A stretch of 34,034 bases of DNA, filler included, from Cercozoa sp. M6MM (Eukaryota > Protista > Endomyxa: Ascetosporea): NCBI GenBank assembly GCA_040357565.1. It is 7 parts of 7 records of this genome, joined end to end, with 100 filler letters (N's around TTAATTAATTAA, not from the genome) between each part and the next. Parts side by side here need not be neighbours in the genome. Positions count along the whole stretch, not along the records: positions 5,927 to 14,096 come from JBDODJ010000561.1; positions 14,197 to 18,031 come from JBDODJ010001296.1; positions 18,132 to 21,537 come from JBDODJ010001476.1; positions 21,638 to 25,083 come from JBDODJ010001454.1; 3 more parts are not named here. One strand, given 5' to 3'. Shown here in pieces: positions 12,446 to 23,601 of the stretch. Position numbers and translations under genes: made by a program. Every line of letters starts with the position of its first letter. The stretch's first letter is position 1. The notes under the pieces are model-generated. The model was not told the DNA's origin. It did no database searches and worked only from the letters and a program-made list of their open reading frames with translations.

Positions 12446-13656
12446 ATGCGCAAGAGGCAGGGTGAGCGCTTCCATCGCCGTGCGGCAGAGTTGTCGCATG
12501 AGGTGGATTTGATGGAGAAGCAGCTATGCGTGCTGAAAGCTGTTAAGGAACAGGAGGCGAGTCGCTTCGAGCAGCTTCGTGTGCAGAACAGACGAAAACG
12601 AGCGAAACAAATGCGCAATACCGGGAGAGCAGATGCGGGCAACGAGAGTCTGTTCTGGTCTCGATCAGCGCACGTGCTGGATGGCGAGCAATACATGAAG
12701 TGGGTGCTGAAGAAGAACGACCCAAGGCGGGTCAAAGGGAGGAAAAACAGCAACGCGGTGAAGAAGGTGGGAGAAGCGAAAGGCAGTGGCCTTGAAACTA
12801 GTCTCTCGGCTTCCAGCCAAGCCGATGGCGAAACAGGATTTGCCAGTTCGCCGGCGCGAGATCGTGAAAGTGAGGAACAAACCAAGTTCGAAGAATTGCA
12901 GCGGGTAGCGCTGCAAAAGGCACAACACACTCTCCTTGCGTCCATGCATACGCACCAGCAGTCTGCCGAAGCATTGCTTGACGAATTGCTGAGGCCAAAC
13001 ACACCTGCGCGAGCCAAATTGTGCAAGCTAAAACAGCATGCTCCGCGCGAGCTAACTCAAACAAAATTTCAGAGCCCCCGGCGGGCCAACGACGGCGGCC
13101 ATTCCTTGTGGGGTGCATTCGATGAAACGAGCGCCCACCAGAGCTTTGTTGAAGCTCGCACGTCGTGGAAGCGAGCTACTGGGAAATTGGGAGATGCATG
13201 CGTCGAAAGCCAGTGCGTCACTGTCAGTGCAGCTTCAAAGCACGCTTGCACAAACGAGCAGCCGTCAGCCACTCGTACTGCACTGTTACACGCATCCACT
13301 GAGGCCGCAACCACAGCTGTATCCTACGTGTGCTGCTACAACTGTTACAAACTGTTCAACCAGGTAAAACCACAGATTGATTGATACCTGTAAGAATTCA
13401 ATTTGAAAAGATCGTTTCTGCACCCGTATACTGTTGTTTCAGGTGAAGCAGCAGGTCGTGTTCCCCTTCGGCAAGGTCGTTTGCTCAAATGCATGTGCAG
13501 AGCATGTTCGTGCGACCGAGCGGCTTGTATGTATGGCAGCGTGGTGTCACAAGACTGTGCTGTTTCAAGATGCTTTCCGAGTCACGTCGCAAGGCAAGAC
13601 AAATTTCTTTTGTTGTGGAGCACACGCTTCGTCGTCGGAAACAACTTAGCTTTAGC
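12446..13656 (+). CDS. Hypothetical coiled-coil protein with a TRASH/zf-FCS-like zinc finger; 3' end uncertain
   Basis: A 312-codon first exon is followed by an intron and gives CYNCYKLFNQ|VKQQVVFPFGKVVCSNAC (CxxC...CSxxC). Confidence 0.6.
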
Positions 13657-14036
13657 GTCAGTTTTTTTAACTCAAATATCTGCTGTGAATAAAAAACAAA
13701 CATAGACTCAGAGGATTCGCCGAAGATTCTGGGAGAGTTCAAGCAAGCTTCGTGATTGCATGTCCTCATCAAGCCCTCCTGCTTGCTTTGGTGGGACTGT
13801 ACAGCCCAGTGTGCACTGCATTATACTCATATGCCCTACAATTTGGTACTGTCGATTTTGATTTTACTGTACAGTTTTTGCTGTTGGTCGTCTGCTGTTT
13901 TTGAGTTATGATGTTGCTGTTGTTGGATTTAGCTCATTATCGAAGGTCAGAAGCACGTTGACTGGCAGCCTGTGTTTCAGGGTGCATGTCTGGTCGACGG
14001 CCAGGACGTCATTGTGCACCAGTAAACTTGCCTGTG

Positions 14037-14096
<60 letters not shown>

Positions 14097-14196
14097 NNNN
14101 NNNNNNNNNNNNNNNNNNNNNNNNNNNNNNNNNNNNNNNNTTAATTAATTAANNNNNNNNNNNNNNNNNNNNNNNNNNNNNNNNNNNNNNNNNNNN
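14097..14196. other. Artificial contig spacer
   Basis: 44N + TTAATTAATTAA + 44N. Confidence 0.98.
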
Positions 14197-14222
14197 CCCC
14201 CTACCTCCCCGTGTTTACGAAG

Positions 14223-14418
14223 AGCGATAAAAGTCAAGAGCGACTCGCGGATCGTTGGCATGTCTTTTTGGTATCGATAGTGCCTACTTTTACCCACCCC
14301 CACCCCCTCTCCCTAAAGACCTAACGCTATATACTCTTGCTAGGACCTCGAGGAGGACTCCAGTCGCGGCAGCGGCATGGCTGCACTGCTCATGCCGGAC
14401 ACCCCTAGTGCAGTCTGA
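14223..14418 (+). CDS. Possible last two exons of an upstream gene (5'-partial)
   Basis: Exon 14223-14270 SDKSQERLADRWHVFL, C-rich GT-AG intron, exon 14344-14418 DLEEDSSRGSGMAALLMPDTPSAV-TGA. Confidence 0.35.
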
Positions 14419-14587
14419 GGCTAACTCGACCTCGACTTATCAATATCAAAAAAAAAATGTATATATCTATATATACACATGTTGTATTCAATTGATTATA
14501 AATAACTTAAACTAAGTCCATTAACTGGACTCGTCGCGTCGATGCGATCGATGGATAAGGCAACGGAAACTTACGTTACTTCGGGAG

Positions 14588-15936
14588 TCAGTTGTTGCGC
14601 ACACTGCGCTGCACGTCGACGGCGTGCCGCAGCGCCGCGATAGTGCGACGCGGGTCGTCGGACTTGAAGATCGCGCTGCCTGCCACGATGGCCGATGCGC
14701 CTACTCCCAAGCAACGCATAAGGGTACCCAGATTTCTCTCCTCAATGTAGACAGGACGATCAAGGAGCAAGGTGTACCTGCAGCGGCGGCGGCATCGATG
14801 GTGTCCTCGCTGAGGCCGCCGTCAACTTGAATGTGCGCAGTCGGGAACTTGGCCCTCAGCTCGCTGACAGGGGGGGGGGGGGGGTAAGATGGGTGGACGG
14901 GGGAAGGGAGTAGCACCTGACTTTGGGCATGGTGTGTGCCATGAACTTCTGTCCGCCAAAGCCGGGTTCGACAGTCATCACGAGCCACTGCGGGAGGGGT
15001 ATAGGGGAGTTAAGGTTAAAGGGCATAGGGAGCAGGGAGTAAAGGGGGTGCATGGCAATCCACCAGTCCCACTCGGGTGGCGGCCTCGCCGACAGTGGCC
15101 AGTGTCTCCTGCAGCGACGTTCCCGGCTTGATGGCCACGCCTGCCGTCATACCGGCGGCACACACGCGCTCGATCAACTGACCATATATAAGAATATATA
15201 AGCATACGCATATATATATATATATAACTGTATATCTATATACCTATATATCTATATATCTATATATCTATATATCTATATATCTATATATCTATATCAA
15301 TATATCAATATATCAATATATATATATATATATATATATATAAGAATCCCTATAAATACAGAGAGACTAGTCGATGTACCTCCTGACATTCCTGAGACGA
15401 GACGGCCTCGACGTGGAAAACAAAGTTGTTGGCACCGGCGGCGGCAAAGTCGTCGACCCACTTGCCGGGCTCGCTCACCTACAATGAGTGACCTTCCCTG
15501 CCATCCATCCCATCCCATCCATCCCATCCATCCATCCCATCCCATCCATCCCATCCCATCCATCCCATCCCCTCCCCTCTCCTTCCAACAAGAACAACAA
15601 CAAGAACAATAAGAACAACAAGAAGAGGCGAACAACCATCAGATGGCAGTCCAGCACGGCCTGCGTGTGCTTGCGCAGCGACTTGACCACTGGCGCCCCA
15701 AGTGTCAGGTTCGGCACAAAGTGGCCGTCCATCACGTCCACGTGCAGCCTGTCCTCGGGACAGTAAACAACATCTCGCGTCAGGGTACACTGTGGCGACA
15801 CTGACACACGTGCGAGTCGGTACCAATCGGCGCCACAGTCGATCATGCGAGCACATTCTTCGGCGAGCCGCGCAAAGTCGCTCGACAGGATCGACGGGCA
15901 GATCACCGTCGGCGGCTGCTGCTGCTTCTGGCTCAT
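14588..15936 (-). CDS. RPE: Ribulose-phosphate 3-epimerase, cytosolic type; complete, 7 exons
   Basis: [13 protein letters not shown]; [21 protein letters not shown]; DCHLMVSEP; FHVEA; GVAIKPGT; [15 protein letters not shown]; IQVDGGL; IVAGSAIF; TGA stop. Confidence 0.97.
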
Positions 15937-16026
15937 CTACACTGTATGAACACGCGTGCAAACTCCAACAAAATACTGGCCGACTCATGGCTGATACTGT
16001 ACATGTCGATCATAATTTAAGGGTGC

Positions 16027-17596
16027 ATGGTGTGAGGTTCCGTCCACCGAAAAGTCAACTACGCGAGTTTTGCGTGCGTGCGTGCAGGAAACTGCAATGC
16101 ATTTTAACCGTCAACAGGTTCCACATCTTAGAGAGACTTTCTGTCCCCCGCCAAAGTGACGGTTGGATGTTTTTGCAGGAGGTGCGTGGGGCCCTCACAC
16201 CCGAGCTGCAACGAATCTACCCTTTTTTATCCGACATTGCGAAGCTTGAACTTTTGGAAGTAGGTGTCTCTAACATGTCTATACTGTACAAGCACGAACG
16301 GTGCTCGTTTTTCTGTGCCGCAGCAGCAGCACCAAATTGAGCGACAGAAGGACCAAATTGTGCAACAGAAGCACCAAATTGAGTCGTTGCGGGGGATGCA
16401 AAACGTTACTAAAGCATTGATCGAGCGTGAGTTCTCCCGATCTCTGTCTCCTGTGACGCTGATTACCACTGGTTGGGCTTTCAGAGAACATCAAGTCGAC
16501 AAGAGAGCTCGACCGACTGTACTCGGAGGGAAAGGAGGTGTCCTCTCTCCCTCTCTCCATCTCTCTCCCTCTCTCTCTCCCTCTCCCTCCCCCTCTCACT
16601 CTCTCTCGATCTGTGTCCGCCGATGTTACCGTTTTGGCTTCTCGCTTGGCCTCAGTTGGCGGAGAAGTTTGAGAGCTCGGCCAAAGATATCAGCAGTTCA
16701 CTGGTAGACACACATGCCTGCATGTGTGCGTGTGTACACTGTGCTGTGTTGATGTGTATAATGTGTGTCACAGATAAAGGCGGAATCAGTGATCGGCCAG
16801 TTGCACACTGCGATCGTACAATATATATTTACTCCCTCCTTATAATATATATAGATATATATATATATATATATATATATCTTAATATGTGTGTGTGTGT
16901 GTACGTGTGTTGTTGCTTAGAAAAACTACCAAAGCCGAAATTTGCAAATGATGTGCGAAATGCAGACCACCTGGCGTCAGCAGTGGCAACAGTGGTATCA
17001 TCAACAGCAACTCCTGCGGCAGCAGCAACTACACCAACAACAACTAAGCCAACCACAACTACGCCAACAACAACTACGCCAACAACAACTACCGCAACAA
17101 CAACTACGCCAACAACAACTACCGCAACAACAACTACGCCAACAACAACTACGCCAACAACAACGACCCCAACAACAACGACCCCAACAACAACGACCCC
17201 AACAACAACGACCCCAACAACAACGACCCCAACAGCAGCAGCAGCAGCAGCAACAACACGCCCAACAGCAGCAGCAGCAGCAGCGACCGAGGTCGCGAGC
17301 AGTTTTTCGACCGAAGCAGTCCTCACCTCTCCTGCAAACTCCGGCGGTGTTTCGTCCGCACACCGTGCAGCAGCCGCCGCAGCAACAACAACTACCTGTG
17401 CAACCACAACAACAACGACCTGCGCAACAACAACAACAACAACAACAAAAGCGACCTGTGCTGCAGCAGCAGCGACCTGTGAAACGGCCAGAGCAGTCGG
17501 CGCAACAACAACAACAACAACAAGCACACCCACAACAACAACAACAGCTACAACTACAACTACAACAACTACAACAACAGCAACTACAACAACAGC

Positions 17597-17634
<38 letters not shown>

Positions 17635-17905
17635 CTACAACAACAACAGCAACAACAACACCAACGACAACAGCAACGGCAACAACAACACCAACGACAA
17701 CAGCACCAGCAGTCAGCACAAGCAGTCCAGTCAGTGCAAGCAGTCCAGTCAGTGCAAGCAGTCCAGTCAGTGCAAGCAGTCCAGTCAGTGCAAGCAGTCC
17801 AGTCAGTGCAAATACCGGTACCTTAAGTGCGTGTCTTCATTTCTGATCAACCTTACCCTTCAGCAGGACAGGAACGCTTCGCCTTTGCTAAACGGCCTCC
17901 AGGCG
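16027..17905 (+). CDS. Hypothetical protein: N-terminal globular domain, coiled coil and long poly-Gln region (3'-partial)
   Basis: Exons splice in frame from MV|KLQCILTVNRF... through QHQIERQKDQIVQQKHQIESL... into the Q-rich frame (16921-17817) and QAVQSV repeats. Continues past the contig end. Confidence 0.65.
17002..17812 (+). repeat. Coding CAA/CAG repeat with 15-nt (QQQRP, QQQLR) and 18-nt (QAVQSV x5) higher-order units
   Basis: Direct sequence. Confidence 0.9.
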
Positions 17906-17982
17906 GTACCTTTGTCATTGCTCCATGTGATCTTTATCTATCTATATGTATGCATGTGTGTCTACATGTATGTATGTACGGT

Positions 17983-18014
<32 letters not shown>

Positions 18015-18031
18015 TGTATGTATGTATGTAT

Positions 18032-18131
18032 NNNNNNNNNNNNNNNNNNNNNNNNNNNNNNNNNNNNNNNNNNNNTTAATTAATTAANNNNNNNNNNNNN
18101 NNNNNNNNNNNNNNNNNNNNNNNNNNNNNNN
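18032..18131. other. Artificial contig spacer
   Basis: 44N + TTAATTAATTAA + 44N. Confidence 0.98.
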
Positions 18132-18372
18132 GTAAATAGGGGGGTAAATAGTAGGTTAATAGGTGGGTTAATAGGGGGTAGATAGGTGTTAATAGGGGGT
18201 AAATAGGTGGGTAAATAGGTGGGAAATAGGAGGGTAAAAAGGGGGGGTAAACAGGGGGGCAAACAGGCGGGGTAAACAGGTGGGTAAATAGGGGGTAGAT
18301 AGGGGGGTAAACAGGGGAGTAAACAGGGGGTAAACAGGGGGGTAACCAGGGGGGTAAACAGGGGGGTAAAAC
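18132..18372 (-). repeat. Degenerate (GTTTACCCCCCT)n intronic repeat
   Basis: Starts at the donor GAG|GTTTTACCCCCC and runs to the contig end. Confidence 0.85.
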
Positions 18373-19265
18373 CTCAGCGCGCAGCAGCCACACGGAGGCA
18401 GCGTCGCCACAAAGGTCAGACTGGAGCAGTCGCCGACACAGCGCCGTCAGCAGCAGCAGCACGCGCCGTTCGAAGGAACGTCTGGCCGCCTCGGTCAGTT
18501 TGGCTCGCTCGGCCGACACTGCCTTGTGCAGAGCCTGCCACAGCACGGTGGACACCTGCGAGACCTGCCTGTCCCTCGGCCTATTGTCCCTCTGCCTATG
18601 CATCATGTCCCTCTGCCTATCCATCATGTCCCTCTGCCTGTGCATGTCCCTCTGCCTGTGCATGTCCCTCTGCCTGTGCATGTCCCTCTCGGCCTTGCAC
18701 ACTTGCAGACACATCAGTCGCACCGCCAGCAGCACGTGCATTGTCACCAGGTGTGCCTAAGGGATACGGGGGTACACAGACCTAGCACGGGGGGGGGGGG
18801 ACACAGACCTAGCACAGAGGGGTATACAGACCTAGCACAGAGAGGGGGACACAACAACCTGCTGGCACGACAGTCGGTAGTCGTCGGTGCCTGCTTCTGG
18901 GTCAGCAGGCAGCTTGCGACATGCAGAGACAAGGAGGCCACCTGCCACCTTGGCTGCCTGGACGGCCTCGCAGGTCCACACGGCCTCCAGTTGCCGGCAC
19001 AGCACGTTGCACACGACCCTGTCCTCCAGCAGTTCGCGCGACAGACGCTGCAGCACTTTCTGCGAGGAGCCACCTGCCTGGAGAGCTTCTGCCACCGCAA
19101 GACTCACGCGCTAGACCCAAACAATCCATCCAGGTAGACCTATATAGTCTGGTGTTCTACCTCACTGGGACTCGCTCGGACAAGCCTCACGACCTCTGCT
19201 ATCACGCTCCTGTCGCCAGAACGCAGTGCGGCCGCCAAATGGCCCGGGAGACCGGCCGACGACAT
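18373..19265 (-). CDS. Hypothetical helical protein with DMHRQR repeats (3'-partial)
   Basis: MSSAGLPGHLAAALRSGDRSVIAEVVRLVRASPSE|RVSLAVAEALQ...YRLSCQQ|AHLVTMHVLL...(DMHRQR)n...VWLLRAE|; three exons in frame. Confidence 0.6.
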
Positions 19266-19591
19266 CGGCAGACAGTCCTTCCGCTGACTCCTTCCGCTGG
19301 CCCGGCCAATTCGAAATCAAGCAATCTCGCCTCCAATTATGCGTTTGTGAGGTTAGATCGACAGTCTCACACACTCAACTCACACGTTGGACACCCCAGG
19401 TCGCTCTAACACGCCAAGTTCCAGGATTCTTGCCGCACGCTTAACAAAAGCAAAGCTAGCGCGAATTAGTACAGAGAGGCGCGCAGCTGGGCCCTGTGAC
19501 CTGTGGTGGGGTTCGAGTCGTCTGCTAGCTAGTGATCGCCAGGGGAAGGAGTTGAAATTGTGAGTGGGCAGCACATTGCTGGGCCAGAAAC

Positions 19592-21272
19592 ATGAGCGCA
19601 GCAATCGCGCCCTCGCGCGTCTCTCTGTCGGACGCGCTCGGCGAGTTTAGCGACCGCGTGGAGCGACTCCTGGCTCGGTACAGTGCACCGGGCCATTGGG
19701 GATTGGGATTGTGACTGCCTGGCATGTTGTCGCAGGTCGGAGCGAGGCAGCGCGGATGAAGTGCTCATTGCGCTGGGCGAGCAGCTCTTCGTCCGGCCAG
19801 TGTTCGATCGCGGCGGTGCACGGCCCTACCTGGCTGCTCGAGTCGACGAAATCGACGATGCAACGTTTCAACGCTTCCGCTCGTATCTTTCGCTTCTGCT
19901 TCGCTTTGCTTTGCTTTCCTTTAGCTTTGCTTTGCTTTAGCTTTTGCTTTGATTTTTGATTTGCTTTTGTTTTGCTTTTCGATTTTGTTTTGCTTCTGAT
20001 TTGCTTTGCTTTTGCTCTTGCTTTGCTTTGATTTGATTTGCTTTGCTTGAGTGAGATTGCGAGTGAGATGGCCTGAGTGAGATTGCTTGAGTGAGATTGC
20101 TTTGCTGGTGGCAGGGCGCTGGTGCGCTTGCTGCGCGAGCGACGCGTGCGCGTCGGACTGGACACGCTGCACGATGTGCTCGAGTACGCGCTGGACGTGT
20201 ACGACTCGCCGGTGGACGAAGCGCTGCGACAGAGCTACCAACGCGAGCGGCGCGACGAAGCAAGTGTTCCCGAATCTACCGAAACTGCAACCGCCCCGAA
20301 CGCACTTGGCGAGAGCGCAAGCGAAATTGGCGAAAGTAGAAGCGAAATTGGCGAAAGTAGAAGCGAAATCAGCGAAAGCAAAAGCGAAATCAGCGAAAGC
20401 AAAAGCGAAATTAGCGAAAGCAAAAGCGAAATTAGCGAAAGCGAACGCGAAATCGGCGCAAGCGAAGCGAAGCAAGCGACGAAACACTTTCGCGAAAGCG
20501 AAGCGAAAGCAAAGCTGGCGCGGGCGATTCTGCGCGCCTTGCGCCAAGCACTCGAGTTTCGGCCGACGCGTGTGCGCGCGCTGCGAGCGGCGCCGAGTGA
20601 GGCGCAGTTCTTCTCGTCCGCGCGGATCCCGGCCACTGAGATCGCGCAGCATGGCATCGCTGTATCGGCTTGGTGGCGCTTCGCTTCGCCGCACAGCTTT
20701 CGCTCGGCGGAGCGCACGCTGCTCAAGCTGACGGCCGGTCGCTTCGGGTGGATCCTCGCGCTGCAACTCACCGGCACGCGGCCCACGTGGCTCCTTCGCG
20801 TCTCCTCACCCAGCGACACGCTCCGCTTCCGCGTGCGCGATGGCGACACTCGAAGCGAAACTCGAAGCGAAGCGAAACTCGAAACTCGAAGCGAAAGAAG
20901 CGAAGCTCAAAGCGAAAGAAGCGAAACTCGAAGCGAAAGAAGCGAAACTCGAAGCGAAAGAAGCGAAACTCGAAGCGAAAGAAGCGAAATGCGAAGCGAA
21001 AGAAGCGAAAGAAGCGAAAGCGACGGCGAGAGTGGCCTGCTGGACGGCGAGTTTCACCATGTGGTGCTCTCGCAGCAGGGCGCGCAGCTGCGACTCTTCG
21101 TGGACGGCCGCGTCCGCGTGGATTTGCCGTGTCCGATGCCGGCCGAGACTGTACGCATTAAGGGTGTTTTGATTAAGGGTGATTTTAATTAAGGCTGCTG
21201 ATTGAGCAGGAGGTGCAGCAGGAGAGCGACGAGGCGATTCACGTCCTCTTCGCCCGCCGCCGTTTTCACCTC
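19592..21272 (+). CDS. Protein with concanavalin A/LamG-like domain and SEISESK / RSERSET repeat insertions (3'-partial)
   Basis: Four exons in frame. HGIAVSAWWRF and DGEFHHVVLSQQGAQLRLFVDGR match the LamG/ConA-like pattern, also seen in BEACH-protein N-termini. Confidence 0.65.
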
Positions 21273-21537
21273 GTTTTACCCCCCTGTTTACCCCCCTGTT
21301 TACCCCCCTATTACCCCCCTATTTACTCCCCTATATACCCCCCTTTTTACCCCTCTATATACCTCTCTATATACCTCCCTATGTACCTCTATACCCCCCT
21401 ATATACCTCCCTGTTTACCATCCCTATTTACCTCCCTGTTTACCCCCCCTTTTTACCTCCCTGTTACCCCCTATTTACCCCCCCTGTTTACCCCCCTGTT
21501 TACCCCCTATTTACCCCCTATTTACTCCCCTGTTTAC
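21273..21537 (+). repeat. Degenerate (GTTTACCCCCCT)n intronic repeat
   Basis: Starts at the donor CTC|GTTTTACCCCCC and runs to the contig end. Confidence 0.85.
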
Positions 21538-21637
21538 NNNNNNNNNNNNNNNNNNNNNNNNNNNNNNNNNNNNNNNNNNNNTTAATTAATTAANNNNNNN
21601 NNNNNNNNNNNNNNNNNNNNNNNNNNNNNNNNNNNNN
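21538..21637. other. Artificial contig spacer
   Basis: 44N + TTAATTAATTAA + 44N. Confidence 0.98.
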
Positions 21638-21724
<87 letters not shown>

Positions 21725-21735
21725 TGCTTTGATAC

Positions 21736-21819
21736 CTGGAGGACCTGGTCGATCACCTCACGCACCGCCGTGCCTTGGTGAGACTTGCAAAGACGCACAA
21801 ACGGCGCCAACTCAGACAT
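21736..21819 (-). CDS. COPS7: First exon of COP9 signalosome subunit 7-like protein (3'-partial)
   Basis: MSELAPFVRLCKSHQGTAVREVIDQVLQ|GTATC resembles the CSN7 N-terminus ([24 protein letters not shown]). Only 28 aa are visible. Confidence 0.6.
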
Positions 21820-21989
21820 TACGTGTGTGCACACTCAACTAAATGAGGCTCAGACAACAACAGAGCTGCTATACACGACGAGAACTGCAAGAACTTGTTC
21901 TCTGTTTTCTGGATGTTTTTGGGCTCATGCTTGTCGCTTGAGCCCAAATATACACCCGGTTCGTTCGCGCGCTCAGTGTACTCACAGAC

Positions 21990-23360
21990 ATGTTGTTCCG
22001 ACGTGGTAAGTCTTGCCGTTAGATTTCTGCGCTGACAAACGCGCGATTTTGACATTATTTTTATCGATGTTCTATGTGGTGCAGCGTTGGCGCGCGGCCT
22101 GCGTGCCGTTGGCACCATGCCCGCAGGTGTGCAAATGTCTGCCGATCCTTTGCGTGTGTTCTCACATGAGCTGGACAAAGCGATCACAAACGAGGTGAGA
22201 AACTCTGATGTCGATTTTCCGCTGTGGTTGAACGTTTGCTGTTTTAGTTTGGCGAGGATGTGTCGCAAACCACGCGCGATTCGATCAGTCTGTGCGCGAA
22301 ACGTGCACTGAAGGCGATCATGCCGGCGTCGAACGACTCGTACGTGAACGCGCGCGGCGAGCCGCTTCGTGCCTGCGATGCTGAGGGCATGCGCAGCGTG
22401 AACTTTGCCATCCTGAGGCGGACGGCTGGCGAGGTCTCTCGCTCCTTGATACTTTGGCTTGGCATGAACACAAGGAGAAGCTTGTTTGTGCAGGTGCAAA
22501 TGCTGTGCCACGTGAGCGTGAAGCGCAGCTCGCAGGACGGCAACCCGCTGCTGATGCTCCGCGCGCCGGTGGACCGACTCGTTTCCGACCAAAACGGCTC
22601 GCTGCGACGAGCTTTCGCAGCTGCGTAGCTTTTCTTTCATTTCGTTCATTCTTCTTTCGTTCTCACTTTGTTTCTTTCAATCATCTTTCGTTCTTCCTTT
22701 CCTTCCGTTTTCCTTTTGTCTTCCGTGTAAGAGTTCATTGTGCGTCTGTCATGTAGTAACCAGGGGTTAGACAAGATTGAGACGTTAAACTTGGACCCCA
22801 AGAACACCTGCTGGGGTTGGGGTATCATCACTCTGCTGTCTTTTGGCACTCCGCTTGGATGGCCTGCTTGCAACTGTTGCTTGTGTTCTTAGCGGCCGCT
22901 CATCGTGCTGCCTGGAACATCTCGTTCATTGGAGAGGTAGTTTTGTTGCTTTGCTGGGAGTGTTGAGTTGGCTGGCTTGCTGATGCCAAACACACCTGTT
23001 AGAACGAGGGCAACGCACTGCCGGACCTGCGAGCGTTGGTTACGATGTCACCCGACCAGCTGAGCGAGAAGCTCGACACTGCCGGTCTATACTGGGTGCC
23101 GTACTACGCCTACAGTCTGCGTCTGCATGGCAGCAGAGACGGTACCCCTTTCCCCCCCCCCCCCCCCTGTGTTTCTTTCTGATACGCTTTTGGCAGCCTT
23201 CCTCAACGCGTTCGAGATGACGAAAGGTCCCAGCGTGCTCGTGCAAAAGACCTCGGTGTTCCCGGCCTCGGAGGCCTTCGAGACCTGTGTGCTCGACTAC
23301 TTCAAGCAGGATTTGTCGCCCGAAGTTGTCGACGATGCCGCAAATGCCGAGGCCGAATGA
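21990..23360 (+). CDS. Hypothetical protein with a mitochondrial-presequence-like N-terminus; complete, 8 exons
   Basis: MLFRRA|LARGLRAVG (Arg-rich, acid-free). Exons splice in frame to ...SPEVVDDAANAEAE-TGA. No family recognised. Confidence 0.7.
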
Positions 23361-23601
23361 GTCGAGTAGTCCAATCGAGATTCGGATTTAATTATAGCTA
23401 AGCTACCGTGCGTTACCGTGCTCCAGGCCGATGGACTAATACGTCCAGTGGCCAGTTCGGTTTCTTTGCAGTGGATGGCGTGGGTTTACATGAACAAAAG
23501 ACTGAGACAGTCGTTTCGGCCAGCCACTTTTATTTATTTTTGAGCTACTGAGTACTAAAATTCTAAAGTGATGACAGTACGACTTTCGGCGCGGTGTGCA
23601 C

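Noticed and set aside
13590-13625. AAG|GCAAG as a GC-AG intron donor
   Set aside because: The frame is open through it and the implied intron would be about 27 nt, so there is no need to invoke it.
17722-17812. Regular 18-nt repeats as a CRISPR array
   Set aside because: No spacers, eukaryotic context, and an in-frame QAVQSV coding repeat.
16473-17846. 457-aa mucin-like Thr-rich ORF and antisense poly-Val ORF
   Set aside because: Alternative frames of the CAA repeat. Upstream exons splice into the poly-Gln frame, and the ORF start spans intron sequence.
20087-21172. Overlapping AKAKLAK / EAKEAKL coiled-coil ORFs
   Set aside because: Shifted frames of stop-free 21-nt repeats. The spliced frame carrying the LamG-like motifs is the one matching 20122-21192.
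21273-21537. Telomere-like appearance of TTTACCCCC arrays at contig ends; Pro/Tyr-rich extensin-like ORFs
   Set aside because: The unit (GGGGGTAAA on the G strand) is not a permutation of TTAGGG or TTTAGGG, is degenerate, and starts at splice donors inside genes. The contig ends there are assembly breaks.
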